Positions 48,235-57,727 of a stretch of 64,000 nt of DNA are shown here, one piece after another. The DNA is from Alphaproteobacteria bacterium. Lineage in GTDB: Bacteria > Pseudomonadota > Alphaproteobacteria > MPNO01. A program made the position numbers and the translations under genes. The notes beneath the pieces were generated by a model that worked only from the letters and a program-made list of their open reading frames with translations, had not been told where the DNA came from and made no database searches. Within the stretch, counting starts at the first letter, position 1; each line of letters starts with the position of its first letter. Where the stretch lies: positions 2,048,001 through 2,112,000 of the forward strand of contig CBDFLJ010000002.1 in assembly GCA_965248835.1 (NCBI GenBank), given 5' to 3'.

Positions 48235-49314
48235 CTAAGCCCGCCGCGGGACAAGGACCGTGTAGTCGAGGTCGAGCACGACGGCAGGATCGTACTTGCC
48301 GGCACCGTCGCGGTCGGGGAACTCCTCGCAGGTGCGGTTCTTGAGGGCGAGCGTGCGGATGCGCAGGGCGCCGACATCGGTCCGGCCGGGCAGCACCATC
48401 TTGTGCAGGACCTCGGTCCAGGCATGGAGCGTGTCGCCTGCAAAGGCCGGTGCGGTGTGGCGCCCGGCATTGATCGCGGCCACCTTGAAGGCATTCGGGA
48501 AGCCGTTGAACGTCAGGCTCCGGGCGAGGCCGATGACGTGGCCGCCCATGACCACGCGGCGCCCGAAGCGGCTGTCCGCGCTCAACTGCGCATTGAAATG
48601 GATCGGTGCGGGGTTCTGGGAAAGCCGCGTCAGCATCATGTGCTCGGCCTCCTCGATGGTGAGGCCGTCGCGGTGGTCGATCCGCTCACCCGGCGCGTAG
48701 TCGTCCCAGAAATAGGGCCCGCCCGCCCGGACAGTGTCATAGGCCGTCAGATCCAACGCCGTGGGCACGACGACCGCCTCGGCCGGCACCGCCGGGGGAA
48801 GCTCCGGCACGCAAGGCTCCGGCGCGGCCGATGCCGGATCACGCTTGCGCACCAGGACCCAGCGCACATAGGACGCGACGACCTCCTCGCGCTGGTTGAC
48901 GCCGATGGTGCGGACATAGACCACGCCCGCCTGCCCGCTGGAGGCCTCGCGGAGACCGATTACCGTCGAGGCGGCGCGCAGCGTGTCGCCGGGATAGACG
49001 AACCCGTCGAGCCGCCCGTCGGCGTAGCCGAGGTTCGAGACCGCGTTGAACGAGATGTCGGTAACCGTCTTGCCGAGGATGACGTTGAACACCAGGACAT
49101 CGTCGATCGGTGTCGTCTCCAGGCCCAGCCCCCTGGCGAACTCCCGGGAGGAATTGACCACGAACCGCGAGCCGGAAAGCGCGAGGTTAAGGGCCGCATC
49201 GCCCTCGGTGAGCGTGCGGGGACCCGCATGAACGATCTCCTGGCCCGCGCGGAAATCTTCAAAGAAGTTGCCGCGCGCGGCCTTGTCGCCGATCGTTTGC
49301 TTGCGTGAGGTCAT
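48235..49314 (-). CDS. Double MaoC dehydratase (mesaconyl-CoA hydratase / beta-methylmalyl-CoA dehydratase-like)
   Basis: GNFFEDF, GKTVTDISFNAVSNLGY, WVLVRKRD, GERIDHRDG.TIEEAEH, INAGRHTAP, VVLDLDY. Confidence 0.85.
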   Translation of the reverse strand: MTSRKQTIGDKAARGNFFEDFRAGQEIVHAGPRTLTEGDAALNLALSGSRFVVNSSREFARGLGLETTPIDDVLVFNVILGKTVTDISFNAVSNLGYADGRLDGFVYPGDTLRAASTVIGLREASSGQAGVVYVRTIGVNQREEVVASYVRWVLVRKRDPASAAPEPCVPELPPAVPAEAVVVPTALDLTAYDTVRAGGPYFWDDYAPGERIDHRDGLTIEEAEHMMLTRLSQNPAPIHFNAQLSADSRFGRRVVMGGHVIGLARSLTFNGFPNAFKVAAINAGRHTAPAFAGDTLHAWTEVLHKMVLPGRTDVGALRIRTLALKNRTCEEFPDRDGAGKYDPAVVLDLDYTVLVPRRA

Positions 49315-49420
49315 CGAGTGCCGTCTGCACGCTATCCTACCGCCGAGGATCGAGCCGCGCCAATATACGCGGGCCGCACGCAAGCCGTCCTGAGGGCGGG
49401 AAGAGATCGGGAGAGAGACG

Positions 49421-50230
49421 ATGACGACGCAATACGGATCTTACACCGGCCTGAAATTCGCCTGGCCCATGAAGCGGGTGCTCGAGGTGATCTTCGACCG
49501 CCCCGGCAAGCTCAACGCGCTCACCGAGCAGATGCACCGCGAGCTCGGCACGATCTGGCGCGACGTCGATGCCGACCCGGAGGTCTCTTGCGTGTTGCTG
49601 CGCGGTGCAAACGACGTCTATTCGGCCGGCGGCGACCTGTCGCTGGTCCACGAAATGACCGAAAGCTTCGATGCACGGGCGAAAATCTGGCGGGAAACCC
49701 GCGACCTCGTCTACAACGTGATCAACTGCTCCAAGCCGATCGTCGCCGCGATCAACGGCCCCGCGGTGGGAGCAGGGCTCGCCGCGGCGCTGCTGGCGGA
49801 CATCTCCATCGCCGCCAGGACGGCGCGGATCATCGACGGCCACACGCGGCTGGGCGTCGCCGCGGGCGACCACGCGGCAATCATCTGGCCGCTGCTGTGC
49901 GGCATGGCGAAGGCCAAATATTACCTGCTGCTGTGCGAGCAGATCAGCGGCGAGGAAGCCGAGCGCATCGGGCTTGTCTCGATGTGTGTCGACGACGACC
50001 GGCTCTATGACAGTGCGCTGGAGGTGTGCGGCAAGCTGGCCGCAGGCGCGCCGTCGGCCATAAGCTGGACCAAATACGCCCTCAACAACTGGCTCCGGAT
50101 GGCCGGACCCATCTTCGATACATCGCTCGCGCTGGAGATCCTCGGCATGACCGGACCGGATGTGGAGGAAGGCGTCCGGTCGCTGCGCGAGAAACGCCCG
50201 CCGGCGTTCGTTCCCGGAGGCGGGGTTTAG
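49421..50230 (+). CDS. Enoyl-CoA hydratase/isomerase family protein
   Basis: [26 protein letters not shown]. Confidence 0.92.
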   Translation: MTTQYGSYTGLKFAWPMKRVLEVIFDRPGKLNALTEQMHRELGTIWRDVDADPEVSCVLLRGANDVYSAGGDLSLVHEMTESFDARAKIWRETRDLVYNVINCSKPIVAAINGPAVGAGLAAALLADISIAARTARIIDGHTRLGVAAGDHAAIIWPLLCGMAKAKYYLLLCEQISGEEAERIGLVSMCVDDDRLYDSALEVCGKLAAGAPSAISWTKYALNNWLRMAGPIFDTSLALEILGMTGPDVEEGVRSLREKRPPAFVPGGGV

Positions 50231-50244
50231 GCCATGTCCGCCGA

Positions 50245-51867
50245 TCAATGCGCGCGGCGTTCGCGGACCATCCGCACGAGCTCGTGCCGCTGGATCTTGC
50301 CGGTCGGGGTGAACGGGAACTCGTCGAAGATCTCCATCGTCTCGGGCAGCTTGTAGGTTGCGACCTGATCCTGGAGCAGCGCCACGAAGTCCTCAAGCGC
50401 GGCGTCCTCGCCGGGCCGTGGGATCACGCACAGGCAGTTGCGCTCGCCCAGCCTTGGATCGGCGATGCCCACGATCGCGGCATGCAGGACCTTGGGGTGG
50501 GTGTAGAGGATCTCCTCGATCTCGCGCGGATGGAACTTCTTGCCGCCGCGGTTGATCATCTCCTTGTTGCGGCCGACGATCTTCAGGTTGCCCCGCTCGT
50601 CGAACGCGCCGATGTCGCCGGTGCGGAACCAGCCGCCGCTGGTGAAGAGCTCGGCGTTCGCGGTCGGGTTCTTGGCATAGCCCAGATGAACCGAGGGGCC
50701 GATCGCTGCGATCTCCCCCTCGCCGCCCTCGGGCATGTCGCCGCCGCTCTCGTCGACCAGCCTCAAGCCCAGCGACTTCTGGGGCCGCCCGCACGTGCCG
50801 CTGACCAGCTCAGGGTCGTCGGACAGCCGCGTATAGGTGTGAAAACCGGTCTCCAGCATGCCGTAAAGCTCGGTGAATTCGCCCTTCATCTTGGCCTGGA
50901 ACTCGCGGATGGTCTCCAGCGGGCAGGATGCGCCCCCGCTCATCACGACCCTGACCGAGGACAGATCGAATGTCTCCAGGTCGGGCTCGTTCAGCATGGC
51001 AATGATGGAGGCCGGCGCGGTCGGGATGAACGTCACCCGCTCATCGGCGATGAGCCGCAGGGCGCCGCGGGCGCTGAACCGGTCGAGCAGCACCGCGCGG
51101 GCGCCGGCGAGCAGCGTCTGCAGGAGGGCGAGATAGCCCCAGTTCAGCCCGAGCGGCAGGTAGATCAGGATCACGTCGTCTTGGGTGATCGCCAGATCCT
51201 CGTTCTGGTAGATCGCCGTCGGCAGCGTGGTGTTGTGCGTATGAAGAACCGCCTTCGGATTGCCGGTCGTCCCCGAGGTGAAGGCCATGCGGAAGATCTC
51301 GTTGGCGCCGGTCTCGACGGGATGCAGAGGCCCGACGGGCTCGGATCCCTCGATCACCCCGGCCAGCGGCACCACGCCCTCCCCGCCCGCGCCCTCGACC
51401 ACGCAGACATGGCGCAGGTCGGGGAGGCCGGGGCGCAGCGCCGCGACCATCTTCAGATAGTCGAAATCCCGGAAGGTCTCGGGACAGATATAGGCCGCGC
51501 TTTCGGAAAAGCGCAGGATGTAGTCGACCTCGGCGCTGCGAAAATCCGGGTTGATCTGGTTCGCGATCCCACCGATGCGCTCGACGGCGAAGAAGGCGCA
51601 GGCAAACGCGATCCAGTTGGGCAACTGGATGGTCACCACCTCGCCGCGCCCGATGCCGAGCGCCTGCAACTTGGCGGCCACGCGATCGACCCGCTGCCGC
51701 AGCTCGCCATAGGTGATGCGCCTGCCGCGGTCATACAGCGCCTCCCGGTCGGGGTGGGCGTCAGCCCGCTCGGCAAGGAGATCGAAGAACGTCCTGGTGC
51801 CCCAATCGCCCGACCTGGTGTAGGCCTCGATCATCTCTTGCGTCAGGCGCGTTTCGAATCTCGGCAT
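50245..51867 (-). CDS. AMP-binding acyl-CoA ligase (cyclohexanecarboxylate-CoA ligase-like)
   Basis: FTSGTTGNPK, YGMLE, WFRTGD, RGGKK, TPTGKIQ. Confidence 0.9.
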   Translation of the reverse strand: MPRFETRLTQEMIEAYTRSGDWGTRTFFDLLAERADAHPDREALYDRGRRITYGELRQRVDRVAAKLQALGIGRGEVVTIQLPNWIAFACAFFAVERIGGIANQINPDFRSAEVDYILRFSESAAYICPETFRDFDYLKMVAALRPGLPDLRHVCVVEGAGGEGVVPLAGVIEGSEPVGPLHPVETGANEIFRMAFTSGTTGNPKAVLHTHNTTLPTAIYQNEDLAITQDDVILIYLPLGLNWGYLALLQTLLAGARAVLLDRFSARGALRLIADERVTFIPTAPASIIAMLNEPDLETFDLSSVRVVMSGGASCPLETIREFQAKMKGEFTELYGMLETGFHTYTRLSDDPELVSGTCGRPQKSLGLRLVDESGGDMPEGGEGEIAAIGPSVHLGYAKNPTANAELFTSGGWFRTGDIGAFDERGNLKIVGRNKEMINRGGKKFHPREIEEILYTHPKVLHAAIVGIADPRLGERNCLCVIPRPGEDAALEDFVALLQDQVATYKLPETMEIFDEFPFTPTGKIQRHELVRMVRERRAH

Positions 51868-51888
51868 GCCAGCCTCCGCACAACCCGT

Positions 51889-52656
51889 TTATCCGGCGAT
51901 GATCTGCCCGCCATCGACCTGGATCACCTTGCCGGTGATGTAGCCGCCCTCCTGGCCCGCGAGGAAGGCAACCACCTCGGCGATCTCCTCGGGCCGGGCG
52001 ATGCGGCCCAGGGGGATGCCCGCCACCACCTTCCGGCTCGCCTCCGGACCCCAGCGCTCGAAGGCGGTCGCCGTCTGGTCGGTATCGGTCAGCCCGATCG
52101 AGACCACGTTGGCGCGGATGCCGTGGCGCCCTTCCTCGCGCGCGACCACCCGGACAAGGGCTTCCATGCCGGCCTTCGCCGCCGCCCCCTGGGCGTTGCG
52201 CGACTGGCACATCTGGGCCGCGATCGAGGAGATCGCGATGATGACGCCGCTCCCGCGCTCGTGCATGTGCCGCAGGACCGCCTGAATGCTGTGGAAGGCA
52301 CCCTTGAGGTCGACATCGATATAGCGCGACCAGTCCTCGACGCCGAGCTCGCGCACCGGTGCCCAGGCGGTCGGCGCACCGGCCGAATGCACCAGGACGT
52401 CGATCGGTCCGAGTTCGGCAACGACGCGCGCGACGGCCTCCTCGACGCTCCGCGGGTTCGCCACGTCGACCTGGAGCGCCAGCGCACGGCGGCCCAGCGC
52501 CCGGATGCCCTCGCACGCGGCATCGGCCAGACCGGTTTGGCTCAGGTAGAACAAAGCGACATCGGAACCGCGCCGGGCGAGATCGAGACAGACCGCACGA
52601 CCGACCCCGCGGCTGCCGCCGGTCACCAGTGAGACCTGCCCTGCGAAATCGGCCAT
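51889..52656 (-). CDS. SDR family oxidoreductase (atypical catalytic motif)
   Basis: TGGSRGVG; QGAAAK in place of YxxxK; ITGKVIQVDGG. Confidence 0.88.
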   Translation of the reverse strand: MADFAGQVSLVTGGSRGVGRAVCLDLARRGSDVALFYLSQTGLADAACEGIRALGRRALALQVDVANPRSVEEAVARVVAELGPIDVLVHSAGAPTAWAPVRELGVEDWSRYIDVDLKGAFHSIQAVLRHMHERGSGVIIAISSIAAQMCQSRNAQGAAAKAGMEALVRVVAREEGRHGIRANVVSIGLTDTDQTATAFERWGPEASRKVVAGIPLGRIARPEEIAEVVAFLAGQEGGYITGKVIQVDGGQIIAG

Positions 52657-52855
52657 CCTCGTCGCCCGCGACTCGATCCGGTGGGATAGTGGAGCCCGGC
52701 CGCCGCGGCATCAAGCGCGGTTTTCATTTCCGCCGCCGGAATCCAGGCCGAGAGCCTTCCTTGACTCCGATAAATCACCGTGTCTTGCTTCGAAGACGAA
52801 CCGTAAGCCGGGAATATTAAGGCGCGGAATTCAATCGATCGGGAGGAGCCATCTC

Positions 52856-53860
52856 ATGGCTTTGAGAAAGGCTTCGGCATGGACGGCGGCGGTCGTCGGC
52901 GCAATCATCGCCATATCGGCGCCGCTGGCGGCTGCGGATTTCACCATGAAGATCGGCTTCGTGACGCGGGCCGATCAGCAGAACGCCTGGGGCAACTGGT
53001 ATGTCGAAGGGGTCAACAGAGCCTCGAAGGGCAGGATCGCAGCCAAGACGTTTCCGGGCGGCCAGCTCGGCTCGATCCCGCGCCACGTCGAGGGCGTCCA
53101 GATCGGCACCGTGGAGGTGGCGATCTTTCCCGCCGACTTCTTTGTCGGCGTCGACCCGCGGTTCGGTGTCTTCAGCATCCCGACCTTGTTCAAGAACCGC
53201 GAGCATGCGGCCAAGGTGCTTGTCGATCCGGAGGTCGCCGGCGAGATCGCCGGCCTCGGCGCGGCCCAGGGCATGATCGGCGTCACCGCCTTCGTCCATT
53301 CGACGGTGCACTATTTCGGCAAGAAACCGATCCGCGGGCTTGACGACTTCAAGGGCAAGAAGATGCGGGTCAACGCGACGCCGGCGGAGCGCGAGCGGAT
53401 GCGGCGGCTGGGTGCGACGGCCATTCCCCTGCCGCTGGGCGAGCTCGTCCCGGCGCTGCAACGCGGCGTCGTCGACGGCACCATGAGCGGCATCGGGATC
53501 TACGTAAACTTCAAGTTCCAGAAACTGGGCACCATCCTGACCCAGACCGACGATACGCTCCTGGTGTCGATGGGTCTGGTTTCCAAGAAATGGATGAACA
53601 AGCTGCCGTCGGACCTTCGCAAGGTCGTCATCGACGAAGGACGCAAGGCCCAGGACAGGATCATCGTCGAATCTCCGAAGATGGAAGACAGCTTCACGGC
53701 GAGGTGGAAAGCCTCCGGCGGGACGATCGTGCGGTTCTCCAAACCGGACCAGGCCAAGCTGCTGGCGACCATCAGGACCGTGGGCGAGGAAGTTACCAAG
53801 TCGGATCCGCAGGTCAGCGCGTTCTACAAGAAGCTGCTGGCCGTGGGCGCGAAGTACTGA
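52856..53860 (+). CDS. TRAP substrate-binding protein DctP
   Basis: Signal peptide; FPGGQLG; DFKGKKMRV; ALQRGVVDG. Confidence 0.92.
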   Translation: MALRKASAWTAAVVGAIIAISAPLAAADFTMKIGFVTRADQQNAWGNWYVEGVNRASKGRIAAKTFPGGQLGSIPRHVEGVQIGTVEVAIFPADFFVGVDPRFGVFSIPTLFKNREHAAKVLVDPEVAGEIAGLGAAQGMIGVTAFVHSTVHYFGKKPIRGLDDFKGKKMRVNATPAERERMRRLGATAIPLPLGELVPALQRGVVDGTMSGIGIYVNFKFQKLGTILTQTDDTLLVSMGLVSKKWMNKLPSDLRKVVIDEGRKAQDRIIVESPKMEDSFTARWKASGGTIVRFSKPDQAKLLATIRTVGEEVTKSDPQVSAFYKKLLAVGAKY

Positions 53861-53943
53861 GCGCGGCGCGCCCGAAGGCGTGACGGCGCGCGGCCCGGGG
53901 ACGCCCGCGCCCCCCGGCCGCAGCCGTCGTGGATCGACCGCCG

Positions 53944-54471
53944 ATGAACGATAACAGCGCCTCCGATGCACGCCGGGGCGAGGCAGAGGACCCGACACCG
54001 GCCCTGCGGGTCGTCTTCTCGTCGATCCCGCGGGCGGTCCTGGGGATCCTGATCCTCGCTGGCGTTGCCATCAATTTCGCCAATGTCCTCGGCCGCCATC
54101 TGTTCGCGACGGCTTTGTTCTGGGCCGAGGAGATCCTGGTTTTCATCCTCATCTGGAGCGTGTTCATCGGCATCATCGCCGTGTCTTTCAACGGCGCGCA
54201 CCTGCGCATGGACCTGCTGTCGGCGCGGTTTCCCGATTCCTTGCGCAAGCTCGTCAACGGCATGGCGTGGCTTATCTTTCTCGGCTCGGCGGTGTTCGTC
54301 GTCACCCAGTCCTACCGGGTGATCGCGACGCTCGGCGAAAGCGGCCTGGTCAGCAACGCGGCCGGCGTCCCCATGGTCGTGCCGCATACCGGGCTTCTGG
54401 TCGGCTTCGCTCTGGTGATCCTGGCGGTAGCGATCCGCGTGCGCGCCTATTTCTCGGACCGGTTCGATTGA
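53944..54471 (+). CDS. TRAP small permease DctQ
   Basis: NVLGRHLF...WAEEI...HLRMD. Confidence 0.9.
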   Translation: MNDNSASDARRGEAEDPTPALRVVFSSIPRAVLGILILAGVAINFANVLGRHLFATALFWAEEILVFILIWSVFIGIIAVSFNGAHLRMDLLSARFPDSLRKLVNGMAWLIFLGSAVFVVTQSYRVIATLGESGLVSNAAGVPMVVPHTGLLVGFALVILAVAIRVRAYFSDRFD

Positions 54472-54506
54472 ACGCGGCAACGCGATAGCGGGGGAGCGGC
54501 TGGAAG

Positions 54507-55781
54507 ATGGCCTGGGTGATGGTGCTCATGCCGGTGATCACTCTGATCCTGGGCTTTCCAATCTTCCTGGTCCTGTTGTCGACCTCCGCGGTGGTGTTGC
54601 TGTTCTTCGCCGATGTGCCCGCGGAGGCCGTCCACCAGGCGATGTACGGCAGCATCGACAAGCTCGCCCTCCTGGCCGTGCCGTTCTTCATCTTCACCGG
54701 CGAGCTGATGGCGCGCGGCAGCGTCTCCGAACGCCTGGTCGGCTGGGTGACCTCGATCATCGGCGGCGTCCGCGGCGCGCTGCCGCTGACGACGCTGGGG
54801 ACCGCGACCGTCTTCGGCGCCATATCGGGGGCGACGACCGCGACGGTGGCCGCCGTCGGCACGCTCACCTACCGCCCGCTGCGCGAGCGCGGATATACGG
54901 AGAAATTCTCCACCGGGCTCATCACCTCCTCGGGCGCCATCTCCAACATCATTCCGCCGTCGATCCCGATGATCCTCTACGGCATCGCCTCGGACAGCTC
55001 GATCGTCGAGCTGTTCACCGCCGGCATATTCCCCGGCCTGCTGATCGCCGCGGTCTTCGGCGTCTATATCTATCTCCATGCCCGCCGCATGAACATCCGC
55101 GAGACCCAGGGCTTCGTCTGGGCCGCCTTCGTCGCGGCCACGCGGCGCGGCGTCTGGGCGCTGGGAGCGCCGGCGATCATCCTCGGCGGGATCTATTCGG
55201 GCGCCTTCTCGCCGACCGAGGCGGCCGGTATCGCCTGCGTCTACGCCCTGGTCGTCACCATGGCGGTCTACCGCGAGATCGGCTTCCGCCAGATGTTCGA
55301 CATCGCCGCGAGCTCGATGTACCTGACGACGCAGATCTTCATCATCGTCGCCGTCGCCGGGGTCTACTCCTGGCTGCTGACGATCGCAGGCGCCGCCCAG
55401 TTCGCGGCGGAATTCATCGGCGGGCTCGAGGTCGCGCCCTGGGTCATCCTTCTGATCATCAACATCTTCCTGCTGCTGATCGGCACCGTCCTCGACACCG
55501 CCTCGGCGATCCTGGTGCTGACGCCGCTGCTGGTGCCGATCGCCAAGCTGATCGAGGTCGACCTGGTCCATTTCGGTATCATCGTCGTCTTCAACCTCAC
55601 CATCGGCACCTTCACGCCGCCGTTCGGCCTGAACATCTTCGTCGGCCAGGCGATCTTCAAGGCGCCGCTGTCGAGCATCTATCCCGGGCTGCTGCCGTTT
55701 ATCCTGCTCGCCATCGGCGCCTTGATGGTCGTCACCTACGTCCCGGCGCTGTCGATGTCGCTGATCCCCTTTCTCTATTGA
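54507..55781 (+). CDS. TRAP large permease DctM
   Basis: LLAVPFFIFTG, IIPPSIPMILY, FSPTEAA, FTPPFGLNIF. Confidence 0.93.
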   Translation: MAWVMVLMPVITLILGFPIFLVLLSTSAVVLLFFADVPAEAVHQAMYGSIDKLALLAVPFFIFTGELMARGSVSERLVGWVTSIIGGVRGALPLTTLGTATVFGAISGATTATVAAVGTLTYRPLRERGYTEKFSTGLITSSGAISNIIPPSIPMILYGIASDSSIVELFTAGIFPGLLIAAVFGVYIYLHARRMNIRETQGFVWAAFVAATRRGVWALGAPAIILGGIYSGAFSPTEAAGIACVYALVVTMAVYREIGFRQMFDIAASSMYLTTQIFIIVAVAGVYSWLLTIAGAAQFAAEFIGGLEVAPWVILLIINIFLLLIGTVLDTASAILVLTPLLVPIAKLIEVDLVHFGIIVVFNLTIGTFTPPFGLNIFVGQAIFKAPLSSIYPGLLPFILLAIGALMVVTYVPALSMSLIPFLY

Positions 55782-55891
55782 GCCGGTGCCCTTGACCTGC
55801 GCCGCCGGATGGGATGGCTTCGGCGGGGCGATCGAACACGACGCCGATCGGAACGCTCTCCAGGGATCCGTTTCAACCAAGCGAGGCCGAT

Positions 55892-56869
55892 ATGCGGACA
55901 TTGACCATTGCGCTCGAACGGCTCGACCGGCACGCGCCCTTTTTCATGGGCACGGTCGCTGCGCCCGACGGGGTCGTGTTCAGGGCGCTGGAAGTCGGTG
56001 TCGGCTTCGATCCCGGCCGGCGCGACGGCATCGACCGGCACGGCCGCATGTTCCGCGACCGCGAGTTCGACATCTGTGAGCAGTCGCTCGCCTCGTTCAT
56101 CATGTCGCGCAGCCGAAGCGAGGATTTCATCGCGACGCCGGTTTTCCCGCGCCGGCTGTTCAGCCAGAACTGCATGTTCGTCAACGTCGACGCCGGGATC
56201 GAGGCGCCAATCGACCTGGTCGGCAAGCGGGTCGGCGTGTGGTCGTTCCAGACAACGCTGTGCGTGCTGGCCAAGGGTGATCTCAAGGCCGAATACGGCG
56301 TGCCCTGGCAGGAGATCGACTGGTACATCCAATACCATGAGGAGCTTCCCTGGGCCGCCGAAGGGGTGTCGATCCAGGACATCCCCGACGGCAAGGATGC
56401 CGGCCGGATGCTGGTGGACGGCGAGCTCGATGCGATGTTCCATCCGTTGCCGCCTTCGGCCGTGCTGGCCAATCCCGACCGCGTCCGCCGGCTGTTTCCC
56501 GACGCCCGCGCCGAGTCGATCCAGCATTTCCGGAAATTCGGCTACTGCCCGATCATGCATCTGCTGTCGTTTCCCCGCGCGCTTGTCGAGGCCGAACCGT
56601 GGCTGCCGCGCGCGATGATCGACTGCTGGGAGGATGCCAAGCGCAAGACCGCCGCGTTCTACGAGGACCCCGCCTACTCGATGCTGGTCTTTGCCCGAAA
56701 CGAGTTCGAATGGCAGCGCGATGCGATGGGCGCGGACCTGTTTCCGTCCGGGCTCGCGGCCAACCGCACGAATCTCGAGCAGTTCATCGGCTATCTCGCC
56801 GACCAGCGGTTGATCGACGAGCCGATGCCGGTCGAACTTCTGTTCGACGACTCGGTGCTCGATAGCTAG
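55892..56869 (+). CDS. 4,5-dihydroxyphthalate decarboxylase-like protein (periplasmic-binding-protein fold)
   Basis: FDICEQSLAS, PVFPRRLF, DLVGKRVG, GELDA, RRLFPD, PIMH, GLAANR. Confidence 0.8.
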   Translation: MRTLTIALERLDRHAPFFMGTVAAPDGVVFRALEVGVGFDPGRRDGIDRHGRMFRDREFDICEQSLASFIMSRSRSEDFIATPVFPRRLFSQNCMFVNVDAGIEAPIDLVGKRVGVWSFQTTLCVLAKGDLKAEYGVPWQEIDWYIQYHEELPWAAEGVSIQDIPDGKDAGRMLVDGELDAMFHPLPPSAVLANPDRVRRLFPDARAESIQHFRKFGYCPIMHLLSFPRALVEAEPWLPRAMIDCWEDAKRKTAAFYEDPAYSMLVFARNEFEWQRDAMGADLFPSGLAANRTNLEQFIGYLADQRLIDEPMPVELLFDDSVLDS

Positions 56870-57037
56870 GACTATCACCGTCGAGGCTGGAGCCCGTGGG
56901 CGCGCCAAATGCGTTGCACGGAAGAGACGGAAACGCCGAGCTTCCCGGCGCGAGACCTGGCCGGCGACCGCGCCGCCCATGATAGAATCACCGACATGCT
57001 TCATAGACCGACAGCCCCGAACAGGAGGATGAAGAAC

Positions 57038-57673
57038 ATGGAATGGACCAACGAGAACGGGTTCGAGTGGTGCGAGCTATTGGATGTCGATACCTATGTC
57101 AGCCGGCTGCTGCAGCCCGACACCCGCCCCGCCAAGTGGTCGGGCGATGACATCCGCAAGGCCATGGGCATGTTCACCGCCGAGAACCGGCGCCACACCG
57201 ACCAGCGGCGCGGCGTCACGCTGGTCAACAACGACATCAAGGGGACCGCCGGGGCCACGCCGAGCATCAGCTTGACGTTCCAGCCCCTCCTGCCGGGCGA
57301 GACTCTGGACTTCCACCGCCACAACTATGTCGCGATCTATTACTGGATCGAAGGCGAGGGATATACCGTGATCGACGACGACGGCATCGACCGCGAGGAG
57401 CACCGGCAGTACTGGAAGGCGGGTGATGTGACGGTCTCCCCGGCCTGGTCGAACCACGCCCACGTCTGCACCTCCGAAGAGCCGGCGCTGCAACTGGCGA
57501 TCCACGACTTCCCCGAGCTCTGCTTCAAACGCAATATGATGTCCGAGGACCCCGACGGGCACGAGCATCTGCGCCACATGGTCAAGGGCGTCGTGCCGAG
57601 CTTCAACGCGCTCGATACGGTGGAAGACCTGGAGAAACGCGGCCTGAAGATCGCGGTGACCACCGAAGGCTGA
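57038..57673 (+). CDS. Cupin protein (gentisate 1,2-dioxygenase-like single domain)
   Basis: HRHN...IEGEGYT...WKAGD..VSPAWSNHAH; AGGAGG RBS. Confidence 0.8.
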   Translation: MEWTNENGFEWCELLDVDTYVSRLLQPDTRPAKWSGDDIRKAMGMFTAENRRHTDQRRGVTLVNNDIKGTAGATPSISLTFQPLLPGETLDFHRHNYVAIYYWIEGEGYTVIDDDGIDREEHRQYWKAGDVTVSPAWSNHAHVCTSEEPALQLAIHDFPELCFKRNMMSEDPDGHEHLRHMVKGVVPSFNALDTVEDLEKRGLKIAVTTEG

Positions 57674-57680
57674 CCGGAGC

Positions 57681-57716
57681 GCGCCATGGACCGCCCCGCA
57701 CGGCGGTCCATGGCGC
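57681..57716. terminator. 15-bp perfect stem-loop between convergent genes
   Basis: GCGCCATGGACCGCC-CCGCAC-GGCGGTCCATGGCGC. Confidence 0.7.
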
Positions 57717-57727
57717 AGCAAGCGCCC

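Noticed and set aside
50026-52632. Very long antisense ORFs (868 aa here; also 19147..21408, 40223..42403, 9310..11100 and 110..1108)
   Set aside because: Shadow ORFs opposite well-supported genes, expected from high GC3 codon bias; no recognisable motifs.
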